A stretch of 64,000 bases of DNA from an uncultured Pseudomonadota bacterium. GTDB lineage: Bacteria; Bacillota; Sulfobacillia; JAUYEF01. Position numbers and translations under genes: made by a program. The stretch spans positions 14,070 through 78,069 of the forward strand of contig CAYQIY010000005.1 of assembly GCA_964417635.1 (NCBI GenBank), written 5' to 3'. The notes beneath the pieces are model-generated. The model was not told the DNA's origin. It worked only from the letters and a program-made list of their open reading frames with translations, and ran no database searches. Positions 10,318 through 20,060 of the stretch are shown here, piece by piece (the first letter of the stretch is position 1; each line of letters begins with the position of its first letter).

Positions 10318-11898
10318 CTACGTCTTTCTAAGCACCTTACCGCCGAGATGCCCAGTGTGATTACCGTCAACAACTGTGATCGTGCCGTTCACAACAACGT
10401 GCAGTATGCCTTCGGGATATTGATGAGGGTTGCTGAACGTTGCTGTATCGCGCACCAATTCGGGTGAAAACACCACTATGTCGGCGTACGCGCCTTCTCG
10501 CAACAAGCCTCGGTCGCTGAGTCCCAGTCTCTCGGCAGGCATACCGGTCATTTTGTGCACCGCTGTCTCGAGGCCGAATATGCGCCGTCTTCGCCAGTAC
10601 TCGGCCAGGACTCGGGGAAAGTTTCCGTAGCTACGCGGATGCGGTTTTCCTCTGCTAAGCGCGCCGTCAGCTCGTAAGGCGCGGCCATCGGATCCGATCA
10701 TGCTGAACGGGCTCTTCATTACCATCTCTACGTCCTGTTCGCATGTCGCAAAGATACACATTTGCACATTTCCGTCGGCGGATATCAGCATGTCAAATGC
10801 GGTGTCAAACGGATCGGCATGCAGTTTGTGTGCTATCTCCGAAACCATCATGCCCTCAAACGACTGGTCTGGTGTGTAGCTTACTACCATGATGTTTTCC
10901 CAGCCGGTGCCGTTAAGCCGACCCGACCACCCGGGCAATCCCTCAACCATCTGCGTGCGCAGTCTGTCTCGGATGGACGCGTCTTCTAATCGTTTCAGCA
11001 GATGCTTTCTGCCTCCATCGTGAATCCACGGCGGCAAGAGCGAAATCATGCCTGTGCTTCCCGCGGTGTAGGCGTACGCGTCAACAGTGACGTCGGAACC
11101 CGTATCGTTCGCAGTCTCGATCATCGCAAGTGTGTCTGAGACTCTTCCCCAGTTGTGTTTGCCCATACACTTGTGGTGGCTTATCTGAAGAGGGATTCCG
11201 GTTTCGCGGGAAATGTAGATTGCCTCCTCAACCGCATCTACTAAAGTGTCGCCTTCCCCTCGCAGATGGGTTGCGTGGAATCCGCCTGCCGCATGAACTG
11301 GCCTGCACAGTTCGATTATCTCGTCTGTCTCAGCGAAGCAGCCAGGGGTGTAAACAAGACCTGTTGATAACCCGACGGCCCCTTGCTCCATCGCCTGTAT
11401 GACAAGGCGCTTCATGATTTGGAGTTCTCTTGCGGTGGGAGGACGTCGATCATAGCCCATCACATTTGCCCGAACGGAACCATGTCCAACAAGTGCCATA
11501 ACGTTAACCGCAACGCCCTGTTCTTCCAGCGCGCCAAAGTAGTCGGCTATCGAAGGCCAACTGCCCTTTTCGAAGCCGTCTCTATCAGATGTGGCGTATG
11601 TCGCAGAACTGCCACAGTTGCCTACGACCTCCAGCGTTACACCCTGGCGCACTTTGCTGTGTGCTTCTGGATCCATCCAGAGAACACGGTCTGAATGAGA
11701 ATGAATGTCTATGAACCCCGGTGACACCACGCTCTTGCTCGCGTCGATATCAACGTGTCCTCGCGATTCCACGTTACCGATACGGGAGATTTTTTCTCCG
11801 TCAATTGCTACGTCCGTTCGCCGCCCCGGTTTTCCCGAGCCGTCTACCACCAGGCCGCCGCGAATCACGACATCATGCACTAGAATGACTCCTCTCAA
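10318..11898 (-). CDS. D-aminoacylase (N-acyl-D-amino-acid deacylase) family amidohydrolase
   Basis: HDVVIRGGLVVDGSG...GFIDIHSHSD N-terminal signature; listed start is TTG at 11898; likelier GTG start at 11880, 8 nt after GAGAGGAG. Confidence 0.8.
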   Translation of the reverse strand: MRGVILVHDVVIRGGLVVDGSGKPGRRTDVAIDGEKISRIGNVESRGHVDIDASKSVVSPGFIDIHSHSDRVLWMDPEAHSKVRQGVTLEVVGNCGSSATYATSDRDGFEKGSWPSIADYFGALEEQGVAVNVMALVGHGSVRANVMGYDRRPPTARELQIMKRLVIQAMEQGAVGLSTGLVYTPGCFAETDEIIELCRPVHAAGGFHATHLRGEGDTLVDAVEEAIYISRETGIPLQISHHKCMGKHNWGRVSDTLAMIETANDTGSDVTVDAYAYTAGSTGMISLLPPWIHDGGRKHLLKRLEDASIRDRLRTQMVEGLPGWSGRLNGTGWENIMVVSYTPDQSFEGMMVSEIAHKLHADPFDTAFDMLISADGNVQMCIFATCEQDVEMVMKSPFSMIGSDGRALRADGALSRGKPHPRSYGNFPRVLAEYWRRRRIFGLETAVHKMTGMPAERLGLSDRGLLREGAYADIVVFSPELVRDTATFSNPHQYPEGILHVVVNGTITVVDGNHTGHLGGKVLRKT

Positions 11899-11932
11899 TT
11901 GGTACTCACTGGTTTGCTCTTAGATCTCATCC

Positions 11933-12841
11933 CTAACTTTGTGTGCTGTCTTTGTCCCAGAACTCGATGTAGTGGTCAATCTGCTTTTCCAGTGACTCAA
12001 TTTGCCTGAATGCCGGGAGAGTGGCGCTACCACGGTTTATCAGGATCCTTGCGCCTATGACGTTGATGAAGAACATGATGCCAACCAAAGAACTGAATGC
12101 CACGCCTTGGCTTCCAGCACAGAACACCATCGTCGAAAACGGCGTTAGCGGTGTTTCTTCGCGGTCTGTGACCAACACGACCGGAACACCCATTGCCTTG
12201 GCATGTCTTGCTATGAGTAACGATTCTTTCGAATAACGAGGAAGGTCGAACACGACAAGCACGTCATCTGGGCTTATCGCCATAAGACGGGCCATGTTGG
12301 CGAAAGTATCACCGTGTAGCTCCTCCACATTGATAAGGCAACGTCTGAGACGATGAGCCATAAACACCGCCGACGCTATGTTCAGTCCGTGGCCGAGTAC
12401 GTAAACCTTGCGTGCTTGCATGAGCAGATCGGCTAGGTGATCGACGCGCCTGGCATCGAGCCCTTCGCGGGTGTAGTGTAGGTTTGTCATGTCGACGTCG
12501 TGATGATAGTCAAGGTAGCTCTGTGCGTCGCGTGCCAGTTTCTGAGTAGCCTCGGCAAGTCTATCGCCTGGGGCCAGCTGGGACTGTACGTTATCCTGGA
12601 GCACCTGGCGCATCTCGGGCAACCCAGAGAACCCAAGCGCATTCGCCAGCCGTGTAACCGTTGATTCGCTGCATTTTGCCGCCCTGGCGATTTGCGCGAT
12701 GCTTTCGTAAGAAGCCTTCAAAGGGTTGGCCAATAAGTGCTGCACGATGCGTTTTTGCGCAGGCGAGAGGTCTGAAGCGTGCTTGTTCACCCGAGCAAGC
12801 AGTGCATCTGGTATCAAAGAAGCCACCTCCTGTTCAGACAA
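11933..12841 (-). CDS. MurR/RpiR family transcriptional regulator (HTH_6 + SIS domain)
   Basis: N-terminal HTH (IAQIARAAKCSESTVTRLANALGF), C-terminal SIS fold; first gene of minus-strand operon. Confidence 0.8.
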   Translation of the reverse strand: MSEQEVASLIPDALLARVNKHASDLSPAQKRIVQHLLANPLKASYESIAQIARAAKCSESTVTRLANALGFSGLPEMRQVLQDNVQSQLAPGDRLAEATQKLARDAQSYLDYHHDVDMTNLHYTREGLDARRVDHLADLLMQARKVYVLGHGLNIASAVFMAHRLRRCLINVEELHGDTFANMARLMAISPDDVLVVFDLPRYSKESLLIARHAKAMGVPVVLVTDREETPLTPFSTMVFCAGSQGVAFSSLVGIMFFINVIGARILINRGSATLPAFRQIESLEKQIDHYIEFWDKDSTQS

Positions 12842-13047
12842 TTACAAGAGTCTTTGCAGAGCATGAAAGGATTCTTGTATAGCCTTTTCTCTGCATGTGT
12901 TGAGATTCCTTCTGTCGCCGTAGATAATAATTTGGAGGATATTGCTTGAAAGCCCCAAATACATTCGAGGCAAGGTAGCACACACGTGGCTTGCATGCGT
13001 TTCGGTTATGCCAGCCGTGACCTAGTGAACTCCGGAAGAGGTCATAA

Positions 13048-15264
13048 TTGATGAAACAACGCCGGCCGAAACCAGAACAACGCAACACAATGACTGAGGC
13101 GCGCACAGGAAGCGTGGTTTGGCGCCGCGCTGCCCATGCCCTCTTGGGATTAACGTTGGCTGTCTGGTTCGGCACCTTATTCAGCGTGCCTCCGGCAAGT
13201 CTTCACGGCTGGCTGGTGCAGCTGGGGTTTGCGTCTTTGGCTGCTGTGGCCTCGCTTCTTCTGGGTAACCTGATAAGCACTTTGCTAAGCCTATTTCACC
13301 GCAGAGTACCTGAACTTTATCGCTGGGTGTTGTTCGGTAGTGTGTTCTTGCTGTTCAATATGCTCATGCCGATGTTTCGGCAAGCATTTAACGTGGTCGT
13401 AGTTACAGCCTACGTTGTGGTTGTCGCCTCACTGTTTGGAGCAGGTATCGGCGGGTTGAACGCTTATGCTGGCCGAAAGCGCACGGTGGCAACTGCAATG
13501 CTGGCCGTGGGCGTAGTAGGTATTATCTGCGGGATCATCTGGTGCGTATGGCCGGGCCCCTCGCAGCAACTGGCATTCAGTATTCCAACCCCTTCTGCCG
13601 AGACGCTTGGTATCGGTAACCCGATAGAAAGCGGCATGTATTCGGTTTCATACCTGACTTACGGCAGTGGTACTGACAAGCGGCGCTCAGAGTACGCGCA
13701 AGATGTTACTATCCGCACTGAGCATGTCGATGTATCGCAGATGGTAAGTGGGGGAGGGGGCGTAACGGGCTGGCTTCGCCGAACGTATTGGGGGTTTGGG
13801 CTCACACAAGCCCCGCTCAATGCGCGAGTCTGGTACCCTGAGGGCACCGGTCCGTTTGCTCTTGTGCTAATTGTGCACGGCAATCACTCCATGGACGAGT
13901 TCTCAGATCCGGGTTACGAATATCTCGGGCAATTGCTCGCAACCCGCGGTTACATAGCGGCTTCGGTAGATCAGAACTTTCTCAACGGCGCGGGCGTGGT
14001 TGAAGCTGTGCTCGGCGGCCTAAAGCACGAAGATGATGCGCGTGCGTATTTGCTGCTTGAGCACTTACGGTTATGGCACGAATGGAACGATACGCCGGGA
14101 CACCTGTTTGATTCAAAGGTAGACACAAGCAGAATAGCGCTAATCGGGCACTCGCGTGGGGGAGAGGCAGCCGCAACCGCAGCTGCGTTCAACCGCTTGC
14201 CTTCGCATCCGGATAACGCCGCGATACGCATGAACCATGGTTTCGACATCTCCACAGTCATAGCCATGGCTCCGTCAGACGGACGCTACCTGCCCAGGCA
14301 GCAGAGGACAGAACTGGTGGACGTCAACTACCTGGTGCTCCAGGGTTCTGCCGACGGTGACACACGCTCATTCTCAGGTTCGAGGCAGTACGATAGGGTC
14401 ACCTTTTTGGGCAGCAAAGACTATCATAAGGCGGCCGTCTACATCTATGGTGCCAATCACGGGCAGTTCAACACCGAGTGGGGCTTGATAGACTTGGGCG
14501 CTGCGCTCTGGTTCATAAACAGAAAACAGATTATGCCCGAAGAGGAGCAACGCGCTCTCGCCAAACTGTTCATAAGCAGCTTCTTGGAACTCACACTTGG
14601 CGGCAGGCGAGAGTATACAGCAGTGTTCAGCGACCCGATGGTCGCACAACAGTGGGTGCCGCAAACTGCATATTTTGTGCAGTACCAAGCATCGGATATG
14701 ATAATGCTTGCGTCGTTTGAAGAGGATATGAACCTTGAGACCGCAACCTACCCTGGCGCGCGAATAACAGGCGCAAACCTTACAACTTGGCGTGAAGAGC
14801 CGCCGATGCTGGGCTGGGGTGGAAGGCGTGACAGCGTAGCTGTTAGGCTCGGATGGAACGGTGAGGGCGGCTCAACGGCCTCTTACACGCTTGAGATTGC
14901 AGATGGCATCCGAATTGGCCGTGACGATGCGCTTGTGTTCGACCTTGCGAGTCTTAGCAGGCGAGACATCGCGCTTGACTTCAGCGTCAAGATAGTAGAT
15001 CGAAACGGGAGAGAGGCTTCGCTTCCGCTCAGCCATATGACGCCACTGACACCGCAACTGCCTTATCGCATGTACAAGCCACCGCTGAGAGTGTCCTTTG
15101 AATCTGAGCCTGTGTTTGCTACCTACTTGTTCAAGGCAAGCCAGTTCATGGCCGAGAATCAAGAAATCGACCTCGGCAGCATAACGCAAATAGCATTCGT
15201 GTTCGACGGTTCTCCGATCGGCGAGATTTTTGCTGACAACATAGGTGTTCTGCTCGGCCGATAG
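13048..15264 (+). CDS. membrane-anchored alpha/beta hydrolase (N-terminal polytopic TM region + GHSRGG serine-hydrolase domain)
   Basis: ~5 predicted TM helices in first 170 aa; LIVHGNHS...ALIGHSRGG nucleophile elbow. Confidence 0.6.
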   Translation: MMKQRRPKPEQRNTMTEARTGSVVWRRAAHALLGLTLAVWFGTLFSVPPASLHGWLVQLGFASLAAVASLLLGNLISTLLSLFHRRVPELYRWVLFGSVFLLFNMLMPMFRQAFNVVVVTAYVVVVASLFGAGIGGLNAYAGRKRTVATAMLAVGVVGIICGIIWCVWPGPSQQLAFSIPTPSAETLGIGNPIESGMYSVSYLTYGSGTDKRRSEYAQDVTIRTEHVDVSQMVSGGGGVTGWLRRTYWGFGLTQAPLNARVWYPEGTGPFALVLIVHGNHSMDEFSDPGYEYLGQLLATRGYIAASVDQNFLNGAGVVEAVLGGLKHEDDARAYLLLEHLRLWHEWNDTPGHLFDSKVDTSRIALIGHSRGGEAAATAAAFNRLPSHPDNAAIRMNHGFDISTVIAMAPSDGRYLPRQQRTELVDVNYLVLQGSADGDTRSFSGSRQYDRVTFLGSKDYHKAAVYIYGANHGQFNTEWGLIDLGAALWFINRKQIMPEEEQRALAKLFISSFLELTLGGRREYTAVFSDPMVAQQWVPQTAYFVQYQASDMIMLASFEEDMNLETATYPGARITGANLTTWREEPPMLGWGGRRDSVAVRLGWNGEGGSTASYTLEIADGIRIGRDDALVFDLASLSRRDIALDFSVKIVDRNGREASLPLSHMTPLTPQLPYRMYKPPLRVSFESEPVFATYLFKASQFMAENQEIDLGSITQIAFVFDGSPIGEIFADNIGVLLGR

Positions 15265-15289
15265 GTGTGACAATTTACACACCTATCGG
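15258..15289. terminator. 12-bp perfect inverted repeat overlapping stop codon of hydrolase gene (no U-tract)
   Basis: CCGATAGGTGTG-acaattta-CACACCTATCGG; lies between convergent genes. Confidence 0.3.
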
Positions 15290-15502
15290 CATCTGCGCAA
15301 TCTTCCGAGCCGGGACGCTTACCTACTCGCCAATAGGCCTCTTGAAGTAGTGCCATACCCAGCAGACGGCAACCAGTTCCCAGCCGCGTCTACCGTAATC
15401 GTTGAGTGCACGAGTGGTCGCCCCGCCAAGTCCCCAGATGAACACACATTTGTACTCGTACTTCTGCATATGGTCTCAACCCCATGTTCCGGCGCCAGCC
15501 TG

Positions 15503-15997
15503 CTATTCTCTTGCTGCTATGTAGTCATTGACGATTCTGATCACTTGTTCAGGCTTCCTGCTGGAAAAGGCTATCTCCCGAAAGCGGCCTTCAGCTAGAG
15601 ACAGCATTACCCTTGGTTCGCCAACGGTGCTGTAAACGATCCGCCACTTGCCACCTGTTCTGGCAAGCCTGATACCCCAGCCACCATAGTGCAGTGCCGG
15701 AGTCGTGTCGAGCTCGCATTGAATGACATCTTTCCACTTGATTGAGTGCTTGATGAACCCGTAGCCCACTTTGATGCCGTCAGCGGATATGTCGATGCGC
15801 AAGCGGCTGAACAGGACTCCGATCGCCGCAAACAGCAAGACCATTCCGGCGAGGAACTCGTTTGACGCGGGCCTCGTGCCTACCGGGCCGACCGTGATCT
15901 GGCGGTACATGGTGTAGCCGAGCCAGCCGACCACGACGACAAAGATACCGGCGTTGAACTTGGAGAAAACCGTCTCGCGATACGTTTTGCCGGACAA
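15503..15997 (-). CDS. small membrane protein with bacterial PH-like (YdbS/YdbT-type) domain
   Basis: Two N-terminal TM helices then ~100-aa soluble domain; weak family recall. Confidence 0.4.
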   Translation of the reverse strand: MSGKTYRETVFSKFNAGIFVVVVGWLGYTMYRQITVGPVGTRPASNEFLAGMVLLFAAIGVLFSRLRIDISADGIKVGYGFIKHSIKWKDVIQCELDTTPALHYGGWGIRLARTGGKWRIVYSTVGEPRVMLSLAEGRFREIAFSSRKPEQVIRIVNDYIAARE

Positions 15998-16222
15998 GCA
16001 AGTCCCCCCTCATAAGGATGGCAATTGATACTCCAAAGAATCTGACGCTCTCGAGTTCACAATTGTTCGTGTGTAGTTCCTTAATTCCCCAAGTATTCTC
16101 CTGAAAAACTTGATATGCTTACTTTCCCTTTCTTACACAGGGTATGTTCATCATCGCGTGGAAACAAACGGGAATCGCTTAGCCCGTGAATAAGATGTGC
16201 CCAATAACTGGAGGTGTAGCCT

Positions 16223-19075
16223 GTGTCAGCCGCTTCTGGTAAGCTGGCGCGTGTGCTGTCGGCTTGCACTATTGCACTTGTGTTGGCACTGTGCGTCAAT
16301 CCCTTTGTCGTCTTGGCTTCGCCACTCACCTTTTCAATGATAGGCGATCTCGACGTCGATGGGCAGGTAGGTATCTTGGATCTTGCACTGCTCTCATCAG
16401 AATATCTGAAGACAAGCGTGCACACTGAATGGCAGTCAGAGTTTGACCTCAACGGTGACCTCATCATAGACCTGTACGATTTCGTCGTCATATCCAAGTG
16501 GATGGGTTGTCCGGGGGCTCCTCAGCAGGTCAGCGCACAGCCGGGGGATCGTCACGTGGTGGTGAGTTTCGTACCACCTCAAAGTGACGGTGGGCACACT
16601 ATCACGGGGTACACTGTGCGGGTGTACCGTGAGGCCGTGCTCGAAGCGCATCTTGGAACCACGGAGGCATCGGGCCCGGTCAGCGTAACCGGCCTCACGA
16701 ATGGGCTGGCGTATTCTTTCGGAGTGACCGCGCACAACAGCGCAGGCCGCAGCCTTGAGTCTTATACCTCCGAGGTCACACCTGCAAGCGTACCCGATGT
16801 GCCCACCGGCGTTAGCGCAAGCGCGGGCGACGCTCAAGCGCTTGTGACGTTTGTGCCTCCAGAACAAGATGGTGGCAGTGCAATCTTGTACTATACCGTA
16901 TACGTCTACCAGACAGGTGCGCATGAGCCGCACGTGTTGGTGACAGCATCTGAGTCACCTGTGCTCATAACAGGTCTTACGAACGACGCATCGTACGTGT
17001 TCAGCGTTGCTGCGACCAACGCTATTGGAGACAGCGCGCAATCCGCTCTATCCGAGCCGGTAGTGCCCTCAAGGTATACGCTTATTCCGTTCTCGGGAAG
17101 TCTGTGCTATTGCGGTCTTCCCATTACTCACGAAGGCGCGTTTACACATACAGTCGAATTCGAAGAAGACGGCCGAACGGTGAGCGCTCTCGCCATTTTT
17201 ACGCCCGCTCAGTTGCAGCATCTTGCGATGCACCGAAACAGTGACGCTATACTAATGAACGATCTAGATTTTTCGATCTTTCCGCTTGGTAATGTTGAAG
17301 GTACTCCCATGCACGCGCTTGCATCTGCGGTCTCGGCCGGAATATCGTATTCCGGCCACTCTGTCGCGAACTTCGTGGGTGGCAATTTCGTGCCTATTGG
17401 CTCATCTTCCACGAACAGCTACACCGGCACTCTCTACGGTAACGGCAAGAGTATCTCGGGTCTCATAATAGCCGCGGAAAACGCCGCCAACGTTGGGCTC
17501 TTCGGCCACGTGACCGGTGGCGTCATAAAGGATGCGCACATAACAAGCGGGCAGGTGTCTGCCATTCCGGGCACGCTCCAGCCTATCGGTAACTGCGTCG
17601 GCAGTTTTGTTGGGTTGAGTAAGGGCGGAACGCTGCACGCGGTGAGCAACGCCGCATCGGTGAGCGGCTACTTCCGGGTGGGTGGACTTGTCGGCGAAAA
17701 CGACGCCGGGACGATCAGTGCAAGTTACAATAGCGGTGCGGTGTCCGGTACACGCGACTACATCGGAGGCATAGTGGGAAACAGCTTCAACGCTTGCAAT
17801 GTGATTGATTGCCATAATGCGGGTGAAGTCACCGGATACGAACGTGTCGGCGGTATTGTGGGATATCTCTTCGGCTATGACTACGCGAGGCCTGCGTTGA
17901 GCCTGAGTTCAAACAGCGGCCGGATAACGGCCACCCGAAACAGCGCAGGCGGTATTGTTGGGCAGAACGCCTGGGGCACAGTAGATAACAGTCATAACAG
18001 CGCCGATGTGAGCGCAAGAGCGGACGTTGGCGGTGTTATAGGTTCACACTTTGGTGTGGCAAGTGTGCTCAGCAACTCGGGATGCGTAAGTGGCTACGAC
18101 AGCGTTGGCGGTGTAGTGGGTAACCACGTCAAAGGCACCCTGGCCAACAGCTACAACACTGGTAGCGTAACGGGCACAAACTACTACACCGGAGGCGTGG
18201 TTGGCTGGAACAACGATGATGCAATCGTCGACGAGGTGTATAACGTTGGTTCGGTTCAGGGTAGATATCACGTGGGAGGAGTCGTAGGTTGGAACGCCGG
18301 AGGTGGGTGGAATACCGATGGCGGCGTCGTCAGTTTGAGCCATAACATGGGCGTTGTCACCGGAACCGGGAGTGTGGGCGGCGTAGTTGGCAACAACAGT
18401 TACGACAGCAGCTACCGAAAGGGCGGTAGTGTAAGCGGAGTGTACAACACCGGTGCTGTGTTGGCAACCTCAATCAGCGCAGGCGGAATAGTGGGCTATA
18501 ACAGCGGCCAGGTCGGCGAGAGCTACAACGCCGGTACGGTCAAGGCTACTTCATACGCCGGAGGAGTGATCGGCACAAACAGCACGACCGGCACGGTTAC
18601 GGACTGCCACTGGCTGCTAGGAACAAACCTCAGACCCGGTTCAGAAGAACTCGGTATCGGTGATGGTAGCGGTACCACCTCTACGTTTGCCGATGCACAG
18701 ATTGGTTCAATCCACGTTAGTATGTCGGATATCAGTGCGAGCGCAGGCGGAATGGCGTCAGGTGCTATAACCGGCATAGAGTTCAGCGCGTTCGCTGGTG
18801 CGAGTCCTCCCGAATTCGGAGTGCTTCAGGCGTCTTATTCGGGAACCCAAGGAGAGATAGTCATAAGCGTACACTGTGTGCCCAGCACAACACTGTCGGT
18901 GGAAACCTCGACAGACCTTCCGGCGCTTGTCAGTACCGGAGGCACTGAAGTTTTGCCTGAACCTGTCGGAGACGGCACTTACAGCATCACCGTGACTTCT
19001 GGTACATGGGTGTTGATTCGTGCTCTGGCTGAACAACCTGTACTAAGCCGTACGTACACGATATACGCGAAGTAG
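16223..19075 (+). CDS. secreted surface protein: signal peptide, type-I dockerin-like module, two fibronectin type III domains, long array of GLUG-motif repeats
   Basis: GTG start 7 nt after GGAGGTG; dockerin Ca-binding pairs DLDVDGQVGILDL and DLNGDLIIDLYDF; Fn3-like PGAPQQVSAQPGDRHVVVSF...GYTV; repeated (V/R)GG(I/V)VG...N.G segments. Confidence 0.75.
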   Translation: MSAASGKLARVLSACTIALVLALCVNPFVVLASPLTFSMIGDLDVDGQVGILDLALLSSEYLKTSVHTEWQSEFDLNGDLIIDLYDFVVISKWMGCPGAPQQVSAQPGDRHVVVSFVPPQSDGGHTITGYTVRVYREAVLEAHLGTTEASGPVSVTGLTNGLAYSFGVTAHNSAGRSLESYTSEVTPASVPDVPTGVSASAGDAQALVTFVPPEQDGGSAILYYTVYVYQTGAHEPHVLVTASESPVLITGLTNDASYVFSVAATNAIGDSAQSALSEPVVPSRYTLIPFSGSLCYCGLPITHEGAFTHTVEFEEDGRTVSALAIFTPAQLQHLAMHRNSDAILMNDLDFSIFPLGNVEGTPMHALASAVSAGISYSGHSVANFVGGNFVPIGSSSTNSYTGTLYGNGKSISGLIIAAENAANVGLFGHVTGGVIKDAHITSGQVSAIPGTLQPIGNCVGSFVGLSKGGTLHAVSNAASVSGYFRVGGLVGENDAGTISASYNSGAVSGTRDYIGGIVGNSFNACNVIDCHNAGEVTGYERVGGIVGYLFGYDYARPALSLSSNSGRITATRNSAGGIVGQNAWGTVDNSHNSADVSARADVGGVIGSHFGVASVLSNSGCVSGYDSVGGVVGNHVKGTLANSYNTGSVTGTNYYTGGVVGWNNDDAIVDEVYNVGSVQGRYHVGGVVGWNAGGGWNTDGGVVSLSHNMGVVTGTGSVGGVVGNNSYDSSYRKGGSVSGVYNTGAVLATSISAGGIVGYNSGQVGESYNAGTVKATSYAGGVIGTNSTTGTVTDCHWLLGTNLRPGSEELGIGDGSGTTSTFADAQIGSIHVSMSDISASAGGMASGAITGIEFSAFAGASPPEFGVLQASYSGTQGEIVISVHCVPSTTLSVETSTDLPALVSTGGTEVLPEPVGDGTYSITVTSGTWVLIRALAEQPVLSRTYTIYAK
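17400..18600 (+). repeat. degenerate tandem coding repeats (GLUG-motif units, ~25-30 aa period) inside surface-protein gene
   Basis: Recurrent GG(I/V)VG / SYN.G / V.G units visible in translation. Confidence 0.5.
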
Positions 19076-19119
19076 ACGAAAAGGGATAAGACACTGATTT
19101 CTGCAGACTGACCAGAATA

Positions 19120-19152
19120 GAACCCGTCTCCTGATCATCCGGAGGCGGGTTC
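19120..19152. terminator. bidirectional intrinsic terminator between surface-protein gene and bioY
   Basis: GAACCCGTCTCC-tgatcatcc-GGAGGCGGGTTC 12-bp stem (one G-U), modest U-tracts on both strands. Confidence 0.5.
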
Positions 19153-19277
19153 TGGTATCTGAGAAGTACGGCTTTCTCCGAAAGCGAAGCGAATAGCCCA
19201 GAAGTACTGGTAGGCACCGCATAATTAGCAGGAAAGATGGATAGCGCCGAACACTACGAGCGCACAATAGTAACAGC

Positions 19278-19826
19278 CTACGATTCGCGCATCAGCCTCT
19301 GAACAGAGCGTGTTGCAAGCAGCCAATAGGCGACGCTCACTTTGAGAAGGTCTCCTGGGATAAACGGGAGTACTCCCATCACGATGGCTTGTCTGATGCC
19401 GATGTCAGTGACGACAGAAAGGTGTACCGCTCCGAACGTTGCGACCACCAACACGCCTCCTACTACCAGCGCTAGCCACAGCCTCCAGCGCTTGTGATCT
19501 CTAGTCCAGAGACTGCCAGTTACCCAAGCGCCCGCGGCAAAACCGACTATATATCCTCCGGTTGGGCCGAGCAGGGTGCCAATGCCAGCCCGGCCGCCTG
19601 AGAACACCGGTAGCCCGGCTACCCCCAGCAATATGTACACGCTCATCGATGCAAGTGCTTTTGAGCGTCCCAGCACAGGGCCAACAAGCATCACTGCGAG
19701 CGATTGGCCCGAAATCGGGACGGGGCTAAAAGGAAGAGGAACAACCACATATGCCAGAACTGCGGTGAGCGCCGCAAACAGCGCAACCAGCGTAGTCGAT
19801 TTGAGAGAGCGTGTCTTGTTTGCCAT
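19278..19826 (-). CDS. bioY: biotin transporter BioY (ECF S-component)
   Basis: LVALFAALTAVLAYVVVPLPFSPVPISGQSLAVMLVG...GLPVFSGG...GPTGGYIVGF matches BioY signature. Confidence 0.85.
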   Translation of the reverse strand: MANKTRSLKSTTLVALFAALTAVLAYVVVPLPFSPVPISGQSLAVMLVGPVLGRSKALASMSVYILLGVAGLPVFSGGRAGIGTLLGPTGGYIVGFAAGAWVTGSLWTRDHKRWRLWLALVVGGVLVVATFGAVHLSVVTDIGIRQAIVMGVLPFIPGDLLKVSVAYWLLATRSVQRLMRES

Positions 19827-19947
19827 ATACGCATTGTACCAGGTTGTGCAGCGCTCTTGGAATCAGCAGTTTCTTGCTGGCTGACACAGCGTCTCTGGTA
19901 GATATGTGTTTCGTGGAGCGAAGTATTGTGTTCGTACCTCTTGCATG

Positions 19948-19957
19948 TATGTACATA
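19948..19957. promoter_or_regulatory. 10-bp perfect palindrome TATGTACATA in divergent bioY / DUF134 intergenic region
   Basis: Seen directly; candidate operator. Confidence 0.25.
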
Positions 19958-20060
19958 ACGTGAGAAACTTGATAACCACAGGAGACAATGAAGATGAAGA
20001 GTGTCTTTGCGCTACGTACCGCAGCAGGATGCTTACAAAATGAGTGTGTTGGGAGTGATT

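Noticed and set aside
17400-18600. CRISPR-like or tandem DNA repeat array
   Set aside because: The periodicity is at the protein level (GLUG-motif units) within a continuous ORF; the DNA copies are divergent and there are no spacer-like unique units.
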